Assembly (NCBI GenBank): GCA_964508365.1
Contig: CAZDTP010000005.1
Location: 43,084-107,083, forward strand
Source of the DNA: an uncultured archaeon
GTDB lineage: Archaea > Asgardarchaeota > Lokiarchaeia > Sigyniarchaeales > SOKP01
DNA: 64,000 nucleotides
Direction of reading: 5' to 3'
Shown: positions 21,082 through 31,559 of the stretch, one piece after another
Layout of the letters: the number at the start of each line of letters is the position of its first letter
Numbering within the stretch: the stretch's first letter is position 1
The notes under the pieces: model-generated
Told to the model about the DNA's origin: nothing
Seen by the model: only the letters and a program-made list of their open reading frames with translations
Database searches by the model: none
Made by a program: the position numbers and the translations under genes

Positions 21082-22446
21082 TTATAAACGAGTTATATAT
21101 CTATTTCGCTCCCATTCAGACACTACAAGTTTATAAGCGTCGTTTTCTTCTAATTTCGCATAATAAAAGTTTTTGAACGGTTGTTCCCCGAAGATTTCTT
21201 TCATGTATTCAGAATTTCTAAATTCTTTCAGCGCTTCCATTAAACTTCCAGGGAGAGAATTGATTCCTTCCTTCTCCATTTCTTTCGATGTCAGATGATA
21301 CACATTTCTATCAGTAGGTTCGTAGAGTTCAATGTCATCAGATAAAATTCCATATAAACCGGTACTTAATAGAACAGCGAACTGTAGATAAGGATTACCC
21401 GCGGGATCTGGGCAACGAATCTCGCACCTAGCAGCAGTTCTCTTGCCATGGAAGTCTGGAACTCTGATTAATGGTGATCTATTCCGGAATCCCCATGCTA
21501 TATATACCGGAGCTTCATACCCAGGTACTAATCGCTTATACGAGTTTGGCCAACTGCTTAATACTGCACACATAGCTTTCGCATATGTCAGCTGACCAGC
21601 AATCCACTTTTTCATTAATAAAGATATATGTGCTGGGTCTGATTCATCATAAAATACGTTTTTACCTTCTTTCCATAGGCTCTGATGACAGTGCATCCCA
21701 GATCCGTTTATCCCATCAAAAGGTTTAGGCATAAAAGTTGCCGTCATATTATTCTGAGCAGCCACAGTCTTTATAATTGCTTTTATCGTAATTGTATTGT
21801 CCGCACTTTCAACTGCTTTGTCGTAGCGAAAATCAACTTCGTGCTGACCAAAAGCTACCTCGTGATGAAGCGCTTCGATTTCAATTCCCATTTTATCACA
21901 GTATTCTGCAATCGTGTAGCGCATACGTTCATTAATATCATATGGATCATAATCAAAATATCCTCTCATATCAGAAGGTTTAAAAGCAGCCTGGCTATTT
22001 TCTTGGTCCAATATAAAAAACTCCATTTCTGGAGCACAAACATAATCAAATCCATGCTTTCTTGCTTTTTTTACAGCCTTCTGTAGAATATAGCGAGGAT
22101 CTCCATCGTATCTCTCCCCACTTGGAGTATAAATATCGCAGATTGCTCTGGCTACTCTGTTATTTGTCGCATTGTTTCGCCAAGGTAATATATAAAAAGT
22201 ACTAGGATCAGGCAATGCAACCTTATCGGATTCCTCGATTGCCCCATACCCCGTTATAGAACTCCCATCAAAATTCTCGCCTATTTCAAAACATTCCTCT
22301 ATTCGTTTTGAGTTAATTTCAAAGGATTTAATTATCCCATGAATATCGGTAAATTGAAGGTATATAAACTTAATGTCCTCCTCTTTAACCCGCTCGATTA
22401 CGTCTTCACATAATCCCTTCCTATTTGGATCTCCCTTTTCAATCAT
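21082..22446 (-). CDS. glnA: Glutamine synthetase type I
   Basis: LQFTDIHG, FDGSSI, HHEVAFGQHE, FMPKP..GINGSGMH, RLVPGYEAP, NRSPLIR and EIRCPD. Confidence 0.97.
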   Translation of the reverse strand: MIEKGDPNRKGLCEDVIERVKEEDIKFIYLQFTDIHGIIKSFEINSKRIEECFEIGENFDGSSITGYGAIEESDKVALPDPSTFYILPWRNNATNNRVARAICDIYTPSGERYDGDPRYILQKAVKKARKHGFDYVCAPEMEFFILDQENSQAAFKPSDMRGYFDYDPYDINERMRYTIAEYCDKMGIEIEALHHEVAFGQHEVDFRYDKAVESADNTITIKAIIKTVAAQNNMTATFMPKPFDGINGSGMHCHQSLWKEGKNVFYDESDPAHISLLMKKWIAGQLTYAKAMCAVLSSWPNSYKRLVPGYEAPVYIAWGFRNRSPLIRVPDFHGKRTAARCEIRCPDPAGNPYLQFAVLLSTGLYGILSDDIELYEPTDRNVYHLTSKEMEKEGINSLPGSLMEALKEFRNSEYMKEIFGEQPFKNFYYAKLEENDAYKLVVSEWERNRYITRL

Positions 22447-22529
22447 TTTTTATCTCATCTTAATTTATTCAGTAAAATCTAAAGATTTACATTTTGGTTA
22501 GATTATATAAATCAAAGTTCTATAATTAT

Positions 22530-22898
22530 TCATTCATAGATTAACAAATAATTTTTTTCTTTTTCGAAGATTTTTGATTCAATATTTGGTAAATTTTTGA
22601 TAGTTTTTAATTGAGAAATTCCATATTTTAAATTGAAGAAATTTCTAAATTTAAGACTCGAATTACAGTTCCAGATAAACTCCTCTTTTGGTTTAAAATC
22701 AGAAAATTTAGGTTCAGAAGCGATCTTAATGTAAAATTCATCTGGTTTTTGATGACCAAATGCAGTTGTTTGTTCATAATGAGAGTAAGTGTAGTTCTCG
22801 GGGATATTTATGCTATCAATTGATTTATCTTCACATGTGTGGCATATTTTTCTGTCGTAATAATATTCCTTTCCGCAAATTGGGCATTTTAATGACAT
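22530..22898 (-). CDS. Small N-terminal Zn-ribbon protein upstream of glnA; paralog of 32312-32539
   Basis: KCPICGKEYYYDRKICHTC ... WNCNSS. Confidence 0.8.
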   Translation of the reverse strand: MSLKCPICGKEYYYDRKICHTCEDKSIDSINIPENYTYSHYEQTTAFGHQKPDEFYIKIASEPKFSDFKPKEEFIWNCNSSLKFRNFFNLKYGISQLKTIKNLPNIESKIFEKEKNYLLIYE

Positions 22899-22935
22899 TT
22901 ATAATCAATATTCAAATCTAATTTTGTTACTAAAA

Positions 22936-22948
22936 GGGATTAATTCCC
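22936..22948 (-). promoter_or_regulatory. Candidate operator, inverted repeat GGGAATTAATCCC
   Basis: GC-rich inverted repeat in an AT-rich intergenic region, 37 nt upstream of ATG 22898; mirrors 31886-31899. Confidence 0.5.
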
Positions 22949-23188
22949 TAATTTTAATTTAATAAATATTATAATGATCACATATATAAAAATATTGACT
23001 TTTTTTAGTACATTTGTTAACATTATTGGAAGAAAAAGTTTTAACATGGTAACTTATTGAATAAGAAAATGAACGAATGAATAATTTTATACTTTTTGTC
23101 GTTATGAAAAATGATCAACCGAATATATTTTCACTTAATTTTTGGACAATTGCATACTTTTATAATGATTATATAACTTTCATATACT

Positions 23189-23683
23189 ATGACGGAACAA
23201 TCTAGCCTTGACAACATTGACGATTTAGATTTTGAGATCTTAAAGAAATTGAGCGCTGACGGTAGGATTTCCCTTCGACAGCTTGCAAATGATTTAGGAA
23301 AAAAATCGCCTGTAACGATTAAAAATCATGTTGAGAAATTGGAGAACAATGGTATTATCACGAGTTATGGAGTTCAAATTGACTACGAAAAATTGGGATA
23401 TGAAATTATTGCGCTTATCGAAATAACAGTTTCCAAAGGTAAACTGCTTGAAGTTGAAAAGAAGATTGCCCATAATCCAAATGTTTTCGCTGTATACGAT
23501 ATTACTGGAACGTATGATGCACTTATTCTTGCACGATTTAAAACGAGGGCAAAGCTCAGTGAAATGATAAAAGGCGAGCTTCTTGCTTCTCCTTTTGTTG
23601 AGCGAACAAATACTCATTTAGTCTTAAACGTGATTAAGGAACGTAGTTCGTTTAATGAGTTAATGAAGAAAAAAGAGAATTAG
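23189..23683 (+). CDS. Lrp/AsnC family transcriptional regulator
   Basis: LDDLDFEILKKLSADGRISLRQLA HTH and VYDITGTYD ligand-binding domain; divergent from the glnA unit. Confidence 0.92.
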   Translation: MTEQSSLDNIDDLDFEILKKLSADGRISLRQLANDLGKKSPVTIKNHVEKLENNGIITSYGVQIDYEKLGYEIIALIEITVSKGKLLEVEKKIAHNPNVFAVYDITGTYDALILARFKTRAKLSEMIKGELLASPFVERTNTHLVLNVIKERSSFNELMKKKEN

Positions 23684-23891
23684 AAATCTCTAATTCTAAT
23701 TAAGAAAGTTTAAATAAACATTAGCATGTCGAGTCTTTTTACCACCGATACCGCAATTAGCGCTATTAGGAGCCCGAACACGCTCATTACTTGAGATAAT
23801 TCGGAAACGATAATATCAAGAAATTAGAAAACAATTTTTAAAATATAATAATCCTGTTATTTTGAGAATTAGGAATATTCATTAAATACAA

Positions 23892-24650
23892 TTGATCTTA
23901 ACTATGGATCGCAATCAGAAGAAAATTAGCATCGTCATAATTGTAGTATTGCTTGCCACATCATCAATATTAATACCATTTATTTTTGTATTCTTGAGCA
24001 ATACTGCAACTAAACCTCAAATAGTTTTCACTCCCAATTATTTAAAGTCCTTTCCAAACCATACAGTATGGTTATTAGCGGAAGCATATTCGGGAGAAAC
24101 AGATTTTAGCGGTAACTACTCAGTAAGAATTGAAGCAAATGAATCAATTGATATAGAGTATAAAGTTTGGGACAATCAGGTTAATTATAAAGTTATAGAA
24201 TTATTCATCAAACCAAACTCTACACATCTAAATCATAAAATAGAAATAAAACTAGAGCTTGTAGATAATGAAATTATTTTAGAAAGTTTTGCCACTATCG
24301 ATGTCATTGACTGGGCACCTAAGAATATCACAGAAGTTGAAATAATGAGAGATGCTTTTATTTCTTATCTTTCATCAAATGCGAGTTCGATTGGAATCAA
24401 TGAAAGTATAATATGGGACGGGTTTGACAACGCGCCACAAATTTTGATTGTGGAGCATTATCTTTTTAGATCTGAATTTTGGGAATTGGAACTTTCTAGA
24501 CATGTTACAACTGCCCCATATGACTGGGTAAAGGTTTACATTAGGCCCAGAAATCAAATTAGTCCTATTTGGTCAGGAATCATCGAATCGTGGATTAGTG
24601 GTAACCATAATGTGTCTGAAATTGAACCTCCATCATCCATTTATCGTTAA
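23892..24650 (+). CDS. Membrane-anchored hypothetical protein
   Basis: 252-aa ORF with an N-terminal signal/TM helix. Confidence 0.75.
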   Translation: MILTMDRNQKKISIVIIVVLLATSSILIPFIFVFLSNTATKPQIVFTPNYLKSFPNHTVWLLAEAYSGETDFSGNYSVRIEANESIDIEYKVWDNQVNYKVIELFIKPNSTHLNHKIEIKLELVDNEIILESFATIDVIDWAPKNITEVEIMRDAFISYLSSNASSIGINESIIWDGFDNAPQILIVEHYLFRSEFWELELSRHVTTAPYDWVKVYIRPRNQISPIWSGIIESWISGNHNVSEIEPPSSIYR

Positions 24651-25009
24651 ATCTTAATAAAGATTTAAAATTTGAAGAAATCAACAACATCTCCATTATA
24701 AACTTGATACCCTTTTTTCTTCATATTTGTCCTTTTAAATTCAAATTCCTTTTTTGCAAAGATTTTAATCGAGATGTTCCTTAATTTTTTAGTTATTCTT
24801 ATTCTTTTTAAAAAGTCATTTCGATTTTCCTCTGGAAAAAACTTATTTATATTGTGAGTTTTTTTATTTTTCTTTAATATATTGATTATTTTACTATTCC
24901 ATCAGCCCACAGTTCACATGTCTTAAAATGTGCTTAAATTTTCGCGAATTTTTATCTAATTAGGATTTAATTTCTTAAAAAAATAAAAAGAATATGGTTA
25001 TTTCAATAA

Positions 25010-25591
25010 TTAAATTGGTTTTAATTCTTGGACGAATAAAGTTCTTGTATAGTTATATGTTGGAGCATGTGCAACACTTAATGAGTTAGCTGATCCTGTA
25101 GCGTCCCAAGTGGATTTCCAATATATTTCAATAGAATAAGTTCCAGTTGGTAGAGGTTGAGTTAATAGATTGATATGCAAATTATATGTAAGCTGACGGA
25201 AATATCCTCCTGAAGGTTCAGAATCGTAGTATAAAACTATAATAGTACGATTAGTTACACCGGTGACTACTAATGAAACATTGTAGCTAGACCTTATAGT
25301 AAAAGTATTATCCAGCGATAAGAGCGCAATGGCAGAAAATTCAACAAACAATCTTGAGTCTTGATTAATTGTTATATTTACTTAGGTATCATCCATTTTC
25401 TTATAAGTTAATTCATTATCAAAGATATATGCTGGAGAGTTCCATTCTTCGTATTGATATTGAAGGACGATATTGCGTTCAAGAGATCCTGGAAGAAATA
25501 CTGGTGCCATGAAGTAAATAAGAGCACTCGTAATTATAACGGAAAGTATTACACTCCCAATAATGCTCCCTAAAACTCCTTTTCCTGACAT
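25010..25591 (-). pseudogene. Membrane-anchored beta-sandwich protein interrupted by one in-frame TAA (25382-25384)
   Basis: ORFs 25382-25591 and 25010-25351 share a frame and join as ...KKMDDT*VNITINQDSRLFVEFSA...; similar to 2601-3089. Confidence 0.75.
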
Positions 25592-25998
25592 TTTTTCACC
25601 TTTAAAGTTATGCAGAATTTTTAAAATTAAATTGATTTAAATTTATATTAGCACAAATAAATATAAATGGTTTCACTAACTAATATGCTCTGAATTCTGT
25701 AAAAACTTAATCTGTCTTTACATTTCTACGAATTTATGAATTTAAAATAAATTAATATTCCAATTCGATTTTTTAAAAGATGCTTTCATTTCTATATTTG
25801 CGTGTTTGCATTAACGTCTTATTGTATATTTTCATTTTCTCTTATAAATTCGGCAATTTTTGGGCGTCTTATGTTCATCAAATTTTCATTGGAAAAAAAC
25901 TCTGAATTTACCTTTATAAACAGTAAATATTTTCAAACGATACAATTAAAGAAAAAGCTAATAATTCTTTTTTTGATTTAGTGATAATTATTCTCAAA

Positions 25999-26421
25999 TT
26001 ATTCAACAATTCTTGAGATCCTGGATAACGGATGCCCCTTAGCTTTCATTTCTAACTCATTAAACCATCCAAAAGGAAGGCGGAGCACTGAATAATCCTT
26101 TAATTTTAGATTCGATTCGATTTTTTTAAAAGACATGAAGGCAAATTCTAAAGTGCTAAGTTGGCCAAAAAGATGAGCAAACGGCACAATTACAATATTT
26201 GATATTTTTAGTTGTGCTGTAATTTTTTCAATTTCAACAATCCCTTTTTCTAAAAACTCTGGATTTTCTTCGTCTCGTTTTTCTGTACTAATAAATAGAA
26301 CTAAAGCATTTTTGATTTGAGCTTCTCTATTATTTTCCGTAATTTCTTCAATAATCTTTGACCGACCTTTCTTGGTTACTTTATATCGGAAATAATCAAC
26401 ATGAAACGATAAAAATCTCAT
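25999..26421 (-). CDS. Stand-alone archaeal threonyl-tRNA synthetase editing domain
   Basis: FHVDYF, VPFAHL, PFGW and KGHPLSRISR match the archaeal Thr-editing (DTD-like) domain. Confidence 0.88.
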   Translation of the reverse strand: MRFLSFHVDYFRYKVTKKGRSKIIEEITENNREAQIKNALVLFISTEKRDEENPEFLEKGIVEIEKITAQLKISNIVIVPFAHLFGQLSTLEFAFMSFKKIESNLKLKDYSVLRLPFGWFNELEMKAKGHPLSRISRIVE

Positions 26422-26460
26422 CTTTCTTCTAAACTTTTTATATTTGAATGTTACTTTAAT

Positions 26461-26781
26461 TTATTCAGATAAATTGGATCCACAAAACGGGCAAAATTTA
26501 ATATCTTCTTCGATTTTTTCGCCACAATACTTACATTTAGCGCTCAACTTTTCTGTAGTCAAAACTCCTTGCTCTATCTTTACATTGGTAGTCCTAGTAT
26601 TATCAGAGCCCAATTTCGGCACTTTAAATGTCGTTTTTGTGTCATGATCTACATTGCTATGGAGAAGTTTGTAAACGACAATAATTATAATGATGAAAAC
26701 AATAATTACAACAACAAATATCAGAACAAAAATACTAGTTATAAACCCAAAAATGTCAAACGGGAAGGAATTTTGCGGCAT
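26461..26781 (-). CDS. TM plus C-terminal zinc-ribbon protein
   Basis: Long hydrophobic helix, then CKYCG...CPFCG. Confidence 0.8.
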   Translation of the reverse strand: MPQNSFPFDIFGFITSIFVLIFVVVIIVFIIIIIVVYKLLHSNVDHDTKTTFKVPKLGSDNTRTTNVKIEQGVLTTEKLSAKCKYCGEKIEEDIKFCPFCGSNLSE

Positions 26782-26998
26782 CTTTATTCTATCAATATGA
26801 TTTAAATTTTATGCATATTAAACAAATTCAACTTAATAAAACTATGCCTAGACGAGTTTTTCATTGGAGTAAAATAATATATCCGAACCTAGATATAAAA
26901 AAGTTCGTATCTATTCCCTAGTTTTAGTTTTACCATTAAATACATTTAAATATCCCATCTTTCTATATATCCCATAAATTTAAAATTTTAAATAGAGA

Positions 26999-27781
26999 AT
27001 GAAAATGATATTTCAAGGATTTGATCTGTTATTTATAATATTGCCTATTGTAATCGTTCTTTTAATTTTTTTGGCATGCTTTCTACTTGCAGGGATAAAG
27101 GTAATATTGGAATATGAACGGCTTATAATATTCCGTCTTGGTAAATATAAGCGAACTATAGGACCAGGTGTTGTATATGTACTCCCAATCCTCGAAAAGT
27201 CTAGAAAAGTCGATTTGAGAATTGTAACCGCTGACATTCCTCGGCAAGAAGTCATTACGAGGGATAACATACCCGTTTTGGCGAATACAGTAGTTTACTT
27301 CAAGGTAGAAAAACCATCGGATGCAATCATCAAAATAGAGAACTATGCTTTTGCCGTTAGACAATACACACAGGCGGCTTTAAGAGATGTTGTCGGTAAT
27401 ATGGAATTAGATAGTGTTTTAACTGAAAGGGATAAAATTGCTGCCGACATTAGAAAGATTGTTGATCAAGAAACTAACGAATGGGGTATTGATATAAAAG
27501 CCATAAAGATACAAGAAATAGAATTACCTGCTGAAATGAAAAGAGCAATGGCTAAACAAGCAGAGGCAGAACGGGAAAAACGGGCAGCAATTATTGCTAG
27601 TGAAGGTGAGCTTGCGTCAGCAAGAAACCTAGCGGAAGCAGCCACGATGATGTCATCTCAACCTGGGGCTTTACAACTTAGAACTCTTCAAACTATTAGA
27701 GATATTTCTCAAGATCCTTCTGAAAAGATAGTTATATTCATGCCGTCTGATATAGGTAATATTCTTAAGAAATTTACGTGA
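26999..27781 (+). CDS. SPFH/Band 7 (stomatin-like) protein
   Basis: RLIIFRLGK, VDLRIVTADIPRQEVITRDN, AKQAEAEREKRA and LQLRTLQT. Confidence 0.93.
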   Translation: MKMIFQGFDLLFIILPIVIVLLIFLACFLLAGIKVILEYERLIIFRLGKYKRTIGPGVVYVLPILEKSRKVDLRIVTADIPRQEVITRDNIPVLANTVVYFKVEKPSDAIIKIENYAFAVRQYTQAALRDVVGNMELDSVLTERDKIAADIRKIVDQETNEWGIDIKAIKIQEIELPAEMKRAMAKQAEAEREKRAAIIASEGELASARNLAEAATMMSSQPGALQLRTLQTIRDISQDPSEKIVIFMPSDIGNILKKFT

Positions 27782-27782
27782 T

Positions 27783-28469
27783 ATGGAGGGTTCAAGGATG
27801 AGTAGAACTTTCTTAGATAATCAAAGATACGTACAAATAGCTTTCAATCATACAGCGGCAGATGTTTTAAGAATTTTACCCAAGATACCCTACGATCCTC
27901 GCTTAATTATCGAAGCTGGTACGCCATTCATTAAAAGAGAAGGAATTGCAGGGATAAGGTTGATTCGAAGACTTTGGCGAGGATTGCTTGTTGCGGATTT
28001 AAAAGTTACAGATGGAGCATACGAGGAAGTAGGATTCGCATATAGCGTCGGAGCTAATGCAGTTACTGCCGCGGGAACGGCCCCAACGGAAACTCTGGAT
28101 TTCTTTAACGAAATTTGTGAAAAATATGGATTAATTTCTATGATTGATATGCTTGGTCAAGAAAATCCTTTACGTAAATTGCTCCCGTTAAAATTTAAAC
28201 CTAAAGCAGTGGTAATTCATAAGGGTAGAGACGAAGAAATCAATCCACGAAGTATTATCAGATTTAAAGATATAAATAAGGTCCGATCAAAATACGGCGT
28301 TTTAATATCTGTGGCGGGTGGTTTAGATCACGATTCGGTAAGAAAAGCTTATTTCAATGGAGCAGATATAGCAATTTTAAATATTGTTAAACCCTCAGAT
28401 GAGAACAAAGGATTAATAGATACCGTGAATTTTCGATCACTGATTCCCTCAATCCTAAAAGAAGTTTAA
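27783..28469 (+). CDS. 3-hexulose-6-phosphate synthase-like protein (OMP decarboxylase barrel)
   Basis: IIEAGTPFIK, VADLKVTDG, HKGRDEE and SVAGG resemble Hps and the Hps domain of Fae-Hps. Confidence 0.75.
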   Translation: MEGSRMSRTFLDNQRYVQIAFNHTAADVLRILPKIPYDPRLIIEAGTPFIKREGIAGIRLIRRLWRGLLVADLKVTDGAYEEVGFAYSVGANAVTAAGTAPTETLDFFNEICEKYGLISMIDMLGQENPLRKLLPLKFKPKAVVIHKGRDEEINPRSIIRFKDINKVRSKYGVLISVAGGLDHDSVRKAYFNGADIAILNIVKPSDENKGLIDTVNFRSLIPSILKEV

Positions 28470-28504
28470 TAAAGTAATTTAATTACTTATTTTTTTATTT
28501 ATCT

Positions 28505-28672
28505 CTATTCTATTCTAATCGTATTTTTACAATCTTTACAGAATAATTCTAAGTAATTATGAGATTCCTTTAAGAATAACTTATGTCGTTTTATATCGCA
28601 ACCATAACATTTTCTCTTTCTATAAAAGAAATTGGGGGTAAAAAAGTTATTAGATTCTTTTATTCTACTCAT
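28505..28672 (-). CDS. 55-aa Zn-finger microprotein (not in ORF track)
   Basis: MSRIKESNNFFTPNFFYRKRKCYGCDIKRHKLFLKESHNYLELFCKDCKNTIRIE*: CxxC-x19-CxxC. Confidence 0.65.
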   Translation of the reverse strand: MSRIKESNNFFTPNFFYRKRKCYGCDIKRHKLFLKESHNYLELFCKDCKNTIRIE

Positions 28673-28803
28673 GAAGAGGAAAGATCAAGATTTTTATTTA
28701 AATCCCGCCTCGGTAACGATTTCTCGTTTTTAAAATATAATAACTAAAATTTTTGTTTTATTTTTCCTTATTAAAACCTCAGAATCTTTCTTTGGTATTT
28801 TGA

Positions 28804-30360
28804 TTAATATTCTTCTTTTTTAGCATAATTCACTTTGAATAGATCAAGCCATGGAACGAATGAAGTTAACCGTTTCTGAAAAGATTCAAAATTTTTCTTG
28901 TTTTTTAGCGACCATCCCGTTTCTGCAACAGCAATTAAGCGAGGAAATGTTTCCCAATCTAAAATTTCCTTAGTTGGTACAAATTCAGTCCATAAACAGG
29001 CTTCAAGACCCAATATATTCTTATGAAATTTTTCTTCTAAATTGCTTGGGATGGGATCATAGTTATATGTTTGATGGAGTGGAATTAATTTATAAGGATA
29101 ATCAAAATAAAGAGTTTTCATTTCCGACATCACAACTTCTCTCCCTCTGCGTACATGATCTAGCACCTCATTAAAATTATTTATCCAATATTGACACAAA
29201 GCGCTACTAATAAGATCATCGTTAAGAATATCGTTCCAAACTATTATCCTTCGACCTTTAGATGCTAAATATCTAGCAATTCTATTTGTAAAATATGATT
29301 GTAAATTCGCAACAGTGTTAAGCCCTTCAGTTTGAATAAGAGCTTGACATTTAGGACATTCTTTCCATCTCATTGTAGGAACTTCATCTCCACCTACATG
29401 GATTATCTTAGAAGGAAAGATATTAACAATTTCGTCTAAAACATTTTCTAAAAACTCAAAAATTTCGCTGTTACCAACGCAGAGGACATCTCTATGAACG
29501 CGAAACCGGGTGCTTACTTCAAAAGGACCTCCAGTACAACTTAGATGGGGATAAGAAGCTAAAATAGCAGTTGTATGACCGGGAATATCAATCTCGGGAA
29601 TAATGGAAATATGGCGTTCAGTAGCATAGCATATTATCTCTTTTAATTCTTTTTGAGTATAATATCCCATTACTGGTATTCCATCAATAGGAATTTTCTG
29701 TTTTTCAGAGCAAAGGAGTGCTTTTTGCCTAGCTGTAATAGTTCCTTCTCTCTTTGAACCAATTTCAGTAAGTAAAGGATATTTTTTTACTTCAAAGCGC
29801 CAACCTTGGTCATCTGTAAGATGCCAGTGAAATTTATTTAACTTTAAAAATGCCATTAAATCGAGGATATACTTTATAACTTTTTTTCCAAAAAAGTGAC
29901 GAGATTCATCTAACATAAATCCTCGCCACTGGAATCGAGGATAATCCTCAATTACGACACACGGAATAGAGAATTCCAAATTTAAGTTTTTTTTTCCATT
30001 TAATTCAAGTGGAATTAACTGTCGCATTGTCTGGATACCGTAATATACCCCATTAGGTGTAGAAGCCATTATCTTAATATGATCTTGTGAAACTATTAAA
30101 TCGTATCCTTCTTGGTTTAGCTGTTTTTCGTTATTAATTAGTTTAAGAATAATTACGTTATTATTTTCCTTAGTTTGCAAATCTTCCTTTATAACAATAT
30201 TTAATCCGAATGTGGACAATAAAATATCCTTCAATTGCTCGGCAGTTTCTTTTAAATTTAGATCTGTCAAAATTATTGTTTGTTCGTTTAGAGTAAATAC
30301 CCCCTCTTTTGAAGAGATATTAACAGGCTTCGGGATTATTTTCAGATATTCTTCAATCAT
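28804..30360 (-). CDS. Beta-N-acetylhexosaminidase, GH20
   Basis: DYPRFQWRGFMLDESRHF, HWHLTDDQGWR, PEIDIPGH and the catalytic HVGGDE. Start at MIEEYL (30360); the ORF track extends to 30426. Confidence 0.93.
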   Translation of the reverse strand: MIEEYLKIIPKPVNISSKEGVFTLNEQTIILTDLNLKETAEQLKDILLSTFGLNIVIKEDLQTKENNNVIILKLINNEKQLNQEGYDLIVSQDHIKIMASTPNGVYYGIQTMRQLIPLELNGKKNLNLEFSIPCVVIEDYPRFQWRGFMLDESRHFFGKKVIKYILDLMAFLKLNKFHWHLTDDQGWRFEVKKYPLLTEIGSKREGTITARQKALLCSEKQKIPIDGIPVMGYYTQKELKEIICYATERHISIIPEIDIPGHTTAILASYPHLSCTGGPFEVSTRFRVHRDVLCVGNSEIFEFLENVLDEIVNIFPSKIIHVGGDEVPTMRWKECPKCQALIQTEGLNTVANLQSYFTNRIARYLASKGRRIIVWNDILNDDLISSALCQYWINNFNEVLDHVRRGREVVMSEMKTLYFDYPYKLIPLHQTYNYDPIPSNLEEKFHKNILGLEACLWTEFVPTKEILDWETFPRLIAVAETGWSLKNKKNFESFQKRLTSFVPWLDLFKVNYAKKEEY

Positions 30361-30506
30361 AATATTAACTTCCGTTCTTAAATTTAATAGGAATAGATAA
30401 AATGGTTGATCGTAAGAAATTCTCATTCGAATAAAAATATTGTTTATTAAGAGAATATGTATTGAACCAAGAAATCTTAAAATTAGTTCATACTATTTTG
30501 ATCACC

Positions 30507-30608
30507 ATGACCGATAAGTTACTTTTTGTTGAATTCTTAGAAAAAGAGAGGAAAAAGAAAGAGGAGTTAGAGGAAATAAAAGAGTTAAAGGATTTAGAGA
30601 CTCCTTAA
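30507..30608 (+). CDS. Possible 33-aa charged peptide
   Basis: MTDKLLFVEFLEKERKKKEELEEIKELKDLETP* in a purine-rich tract. Confidence 0.25.
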   Translation: MTDKLLFVEFLEKERKKKEELEEIKELKDLETP

Positions 30609-30881
30609 GAGAAATCGACGAACAAATTTCAAAAAATGAAAGTAGCGATTAAAAAAGACAGATAAAAATAGGTAAAAATCGTAGGGAGAATGAGCTAGTA
30701 ATAGTTAACGGGAAATAAATAGTTGTTGAAAGCAAAACCCTTAATCTTATAGATTTTGGGATTATTATCTGAGTTCTTATAATTTATTTTTAATAATTAC
30801 CTTATTTTTAAAATAGAAGTTAATCACTAACGCTATCCCCTTAGGTTATACAAGGATAATTCAATCAATCTCAATCCATTA

Positions 30882-31559
30882 CTATAACTTTGATTTATTC
30901 TTTCTTTTAGTTCTTATTAGCGAAAATATTCCGTAAATTAACATTATTATTAATAAAATTAGTACTGGGAACATATCAATAATGAATGATGAATAAAATG
31001 AATCTGTAACAACTGGAACTAAACCACATATAAATAAAGAAATAATATAAACTATTGAAATAAAAAAAGTTGTTAATAGAACAACACCAAGAATTCTTTC
31101 GTTCTTAGCATTTACTATACCTTTTTTAGTATAAAATAAATTAAGCTCCTTATTCCCTATAAGAGCAAAAAATGCGCTAAAGATAAATCCCCAAATCGAT
31201 AACCGCATAACAACTAACCCGGAAAATTCATAAAATTGACTTACCATTAGTTGTATAACTGCAATTATATAAATTCGATTTTTATCGTATTGATTACCAA
31301 GTTTAGCATTACGCAACTGAACAAAATATACCCTTAATAAAACAATAGCACTAATTAACAAGAAAAGTTCAAGAAAATTGAAAACGAATTTTGGTTCCCC
31401 AACTGGATTACGAGGTATAAGGATATAAAATCCATAAACCCAATGAATCATATCACCAATATCATATCCTATAGCATGAGTTACATGAGTAGGGAAAATA
31501 AATCCACACAACGAACAACCAAGCGATAAATAAAAGTATATACTAATTTTCCAAGGCAT
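30882..31559 (-). CDS. Multi-pass membrane hypothetical protein
   Basis: 225-aa ORF with about six hydrophobic segments. Confidence 0.7.
   Translation of the reverse strand: MPWKISIYFYLSLGCSLCGFIFPTHVTHAIGYDIGDMIHWVYGFYILIPRNPVGEPKFVFNFLELFLLISAIVLLRVYFVQLRNAKLGNQYDKNRIYIIAVIQLMVSQFYEFSGLVVMRLSIWGFIFSAFFALIGNKELNLFYTKKGIVNAKNERILGVVLLTTFFISIVYIISLFICGLVPVVTDSFYSSFIIDMFPVLILLIIMLIYGIFSLIRTKRKNKSKL

Noticed and set aside
23720-23825. GC-richer tract after the Lrp gene, considered as an ncRNA or tRNA
   Set aside because: No cloverleaf or stable fold seen. The minus strand reads as a short hydrophobic fragment (MSVFGLLIALIAVSVVKR), probably a gene remnant.
24660-24920. Lys-rich open frame on the minus strand
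   Set aside because: No usable start, upstream stops and no recognisable motif; consistent with AT-rich spacer or a decayed gene.
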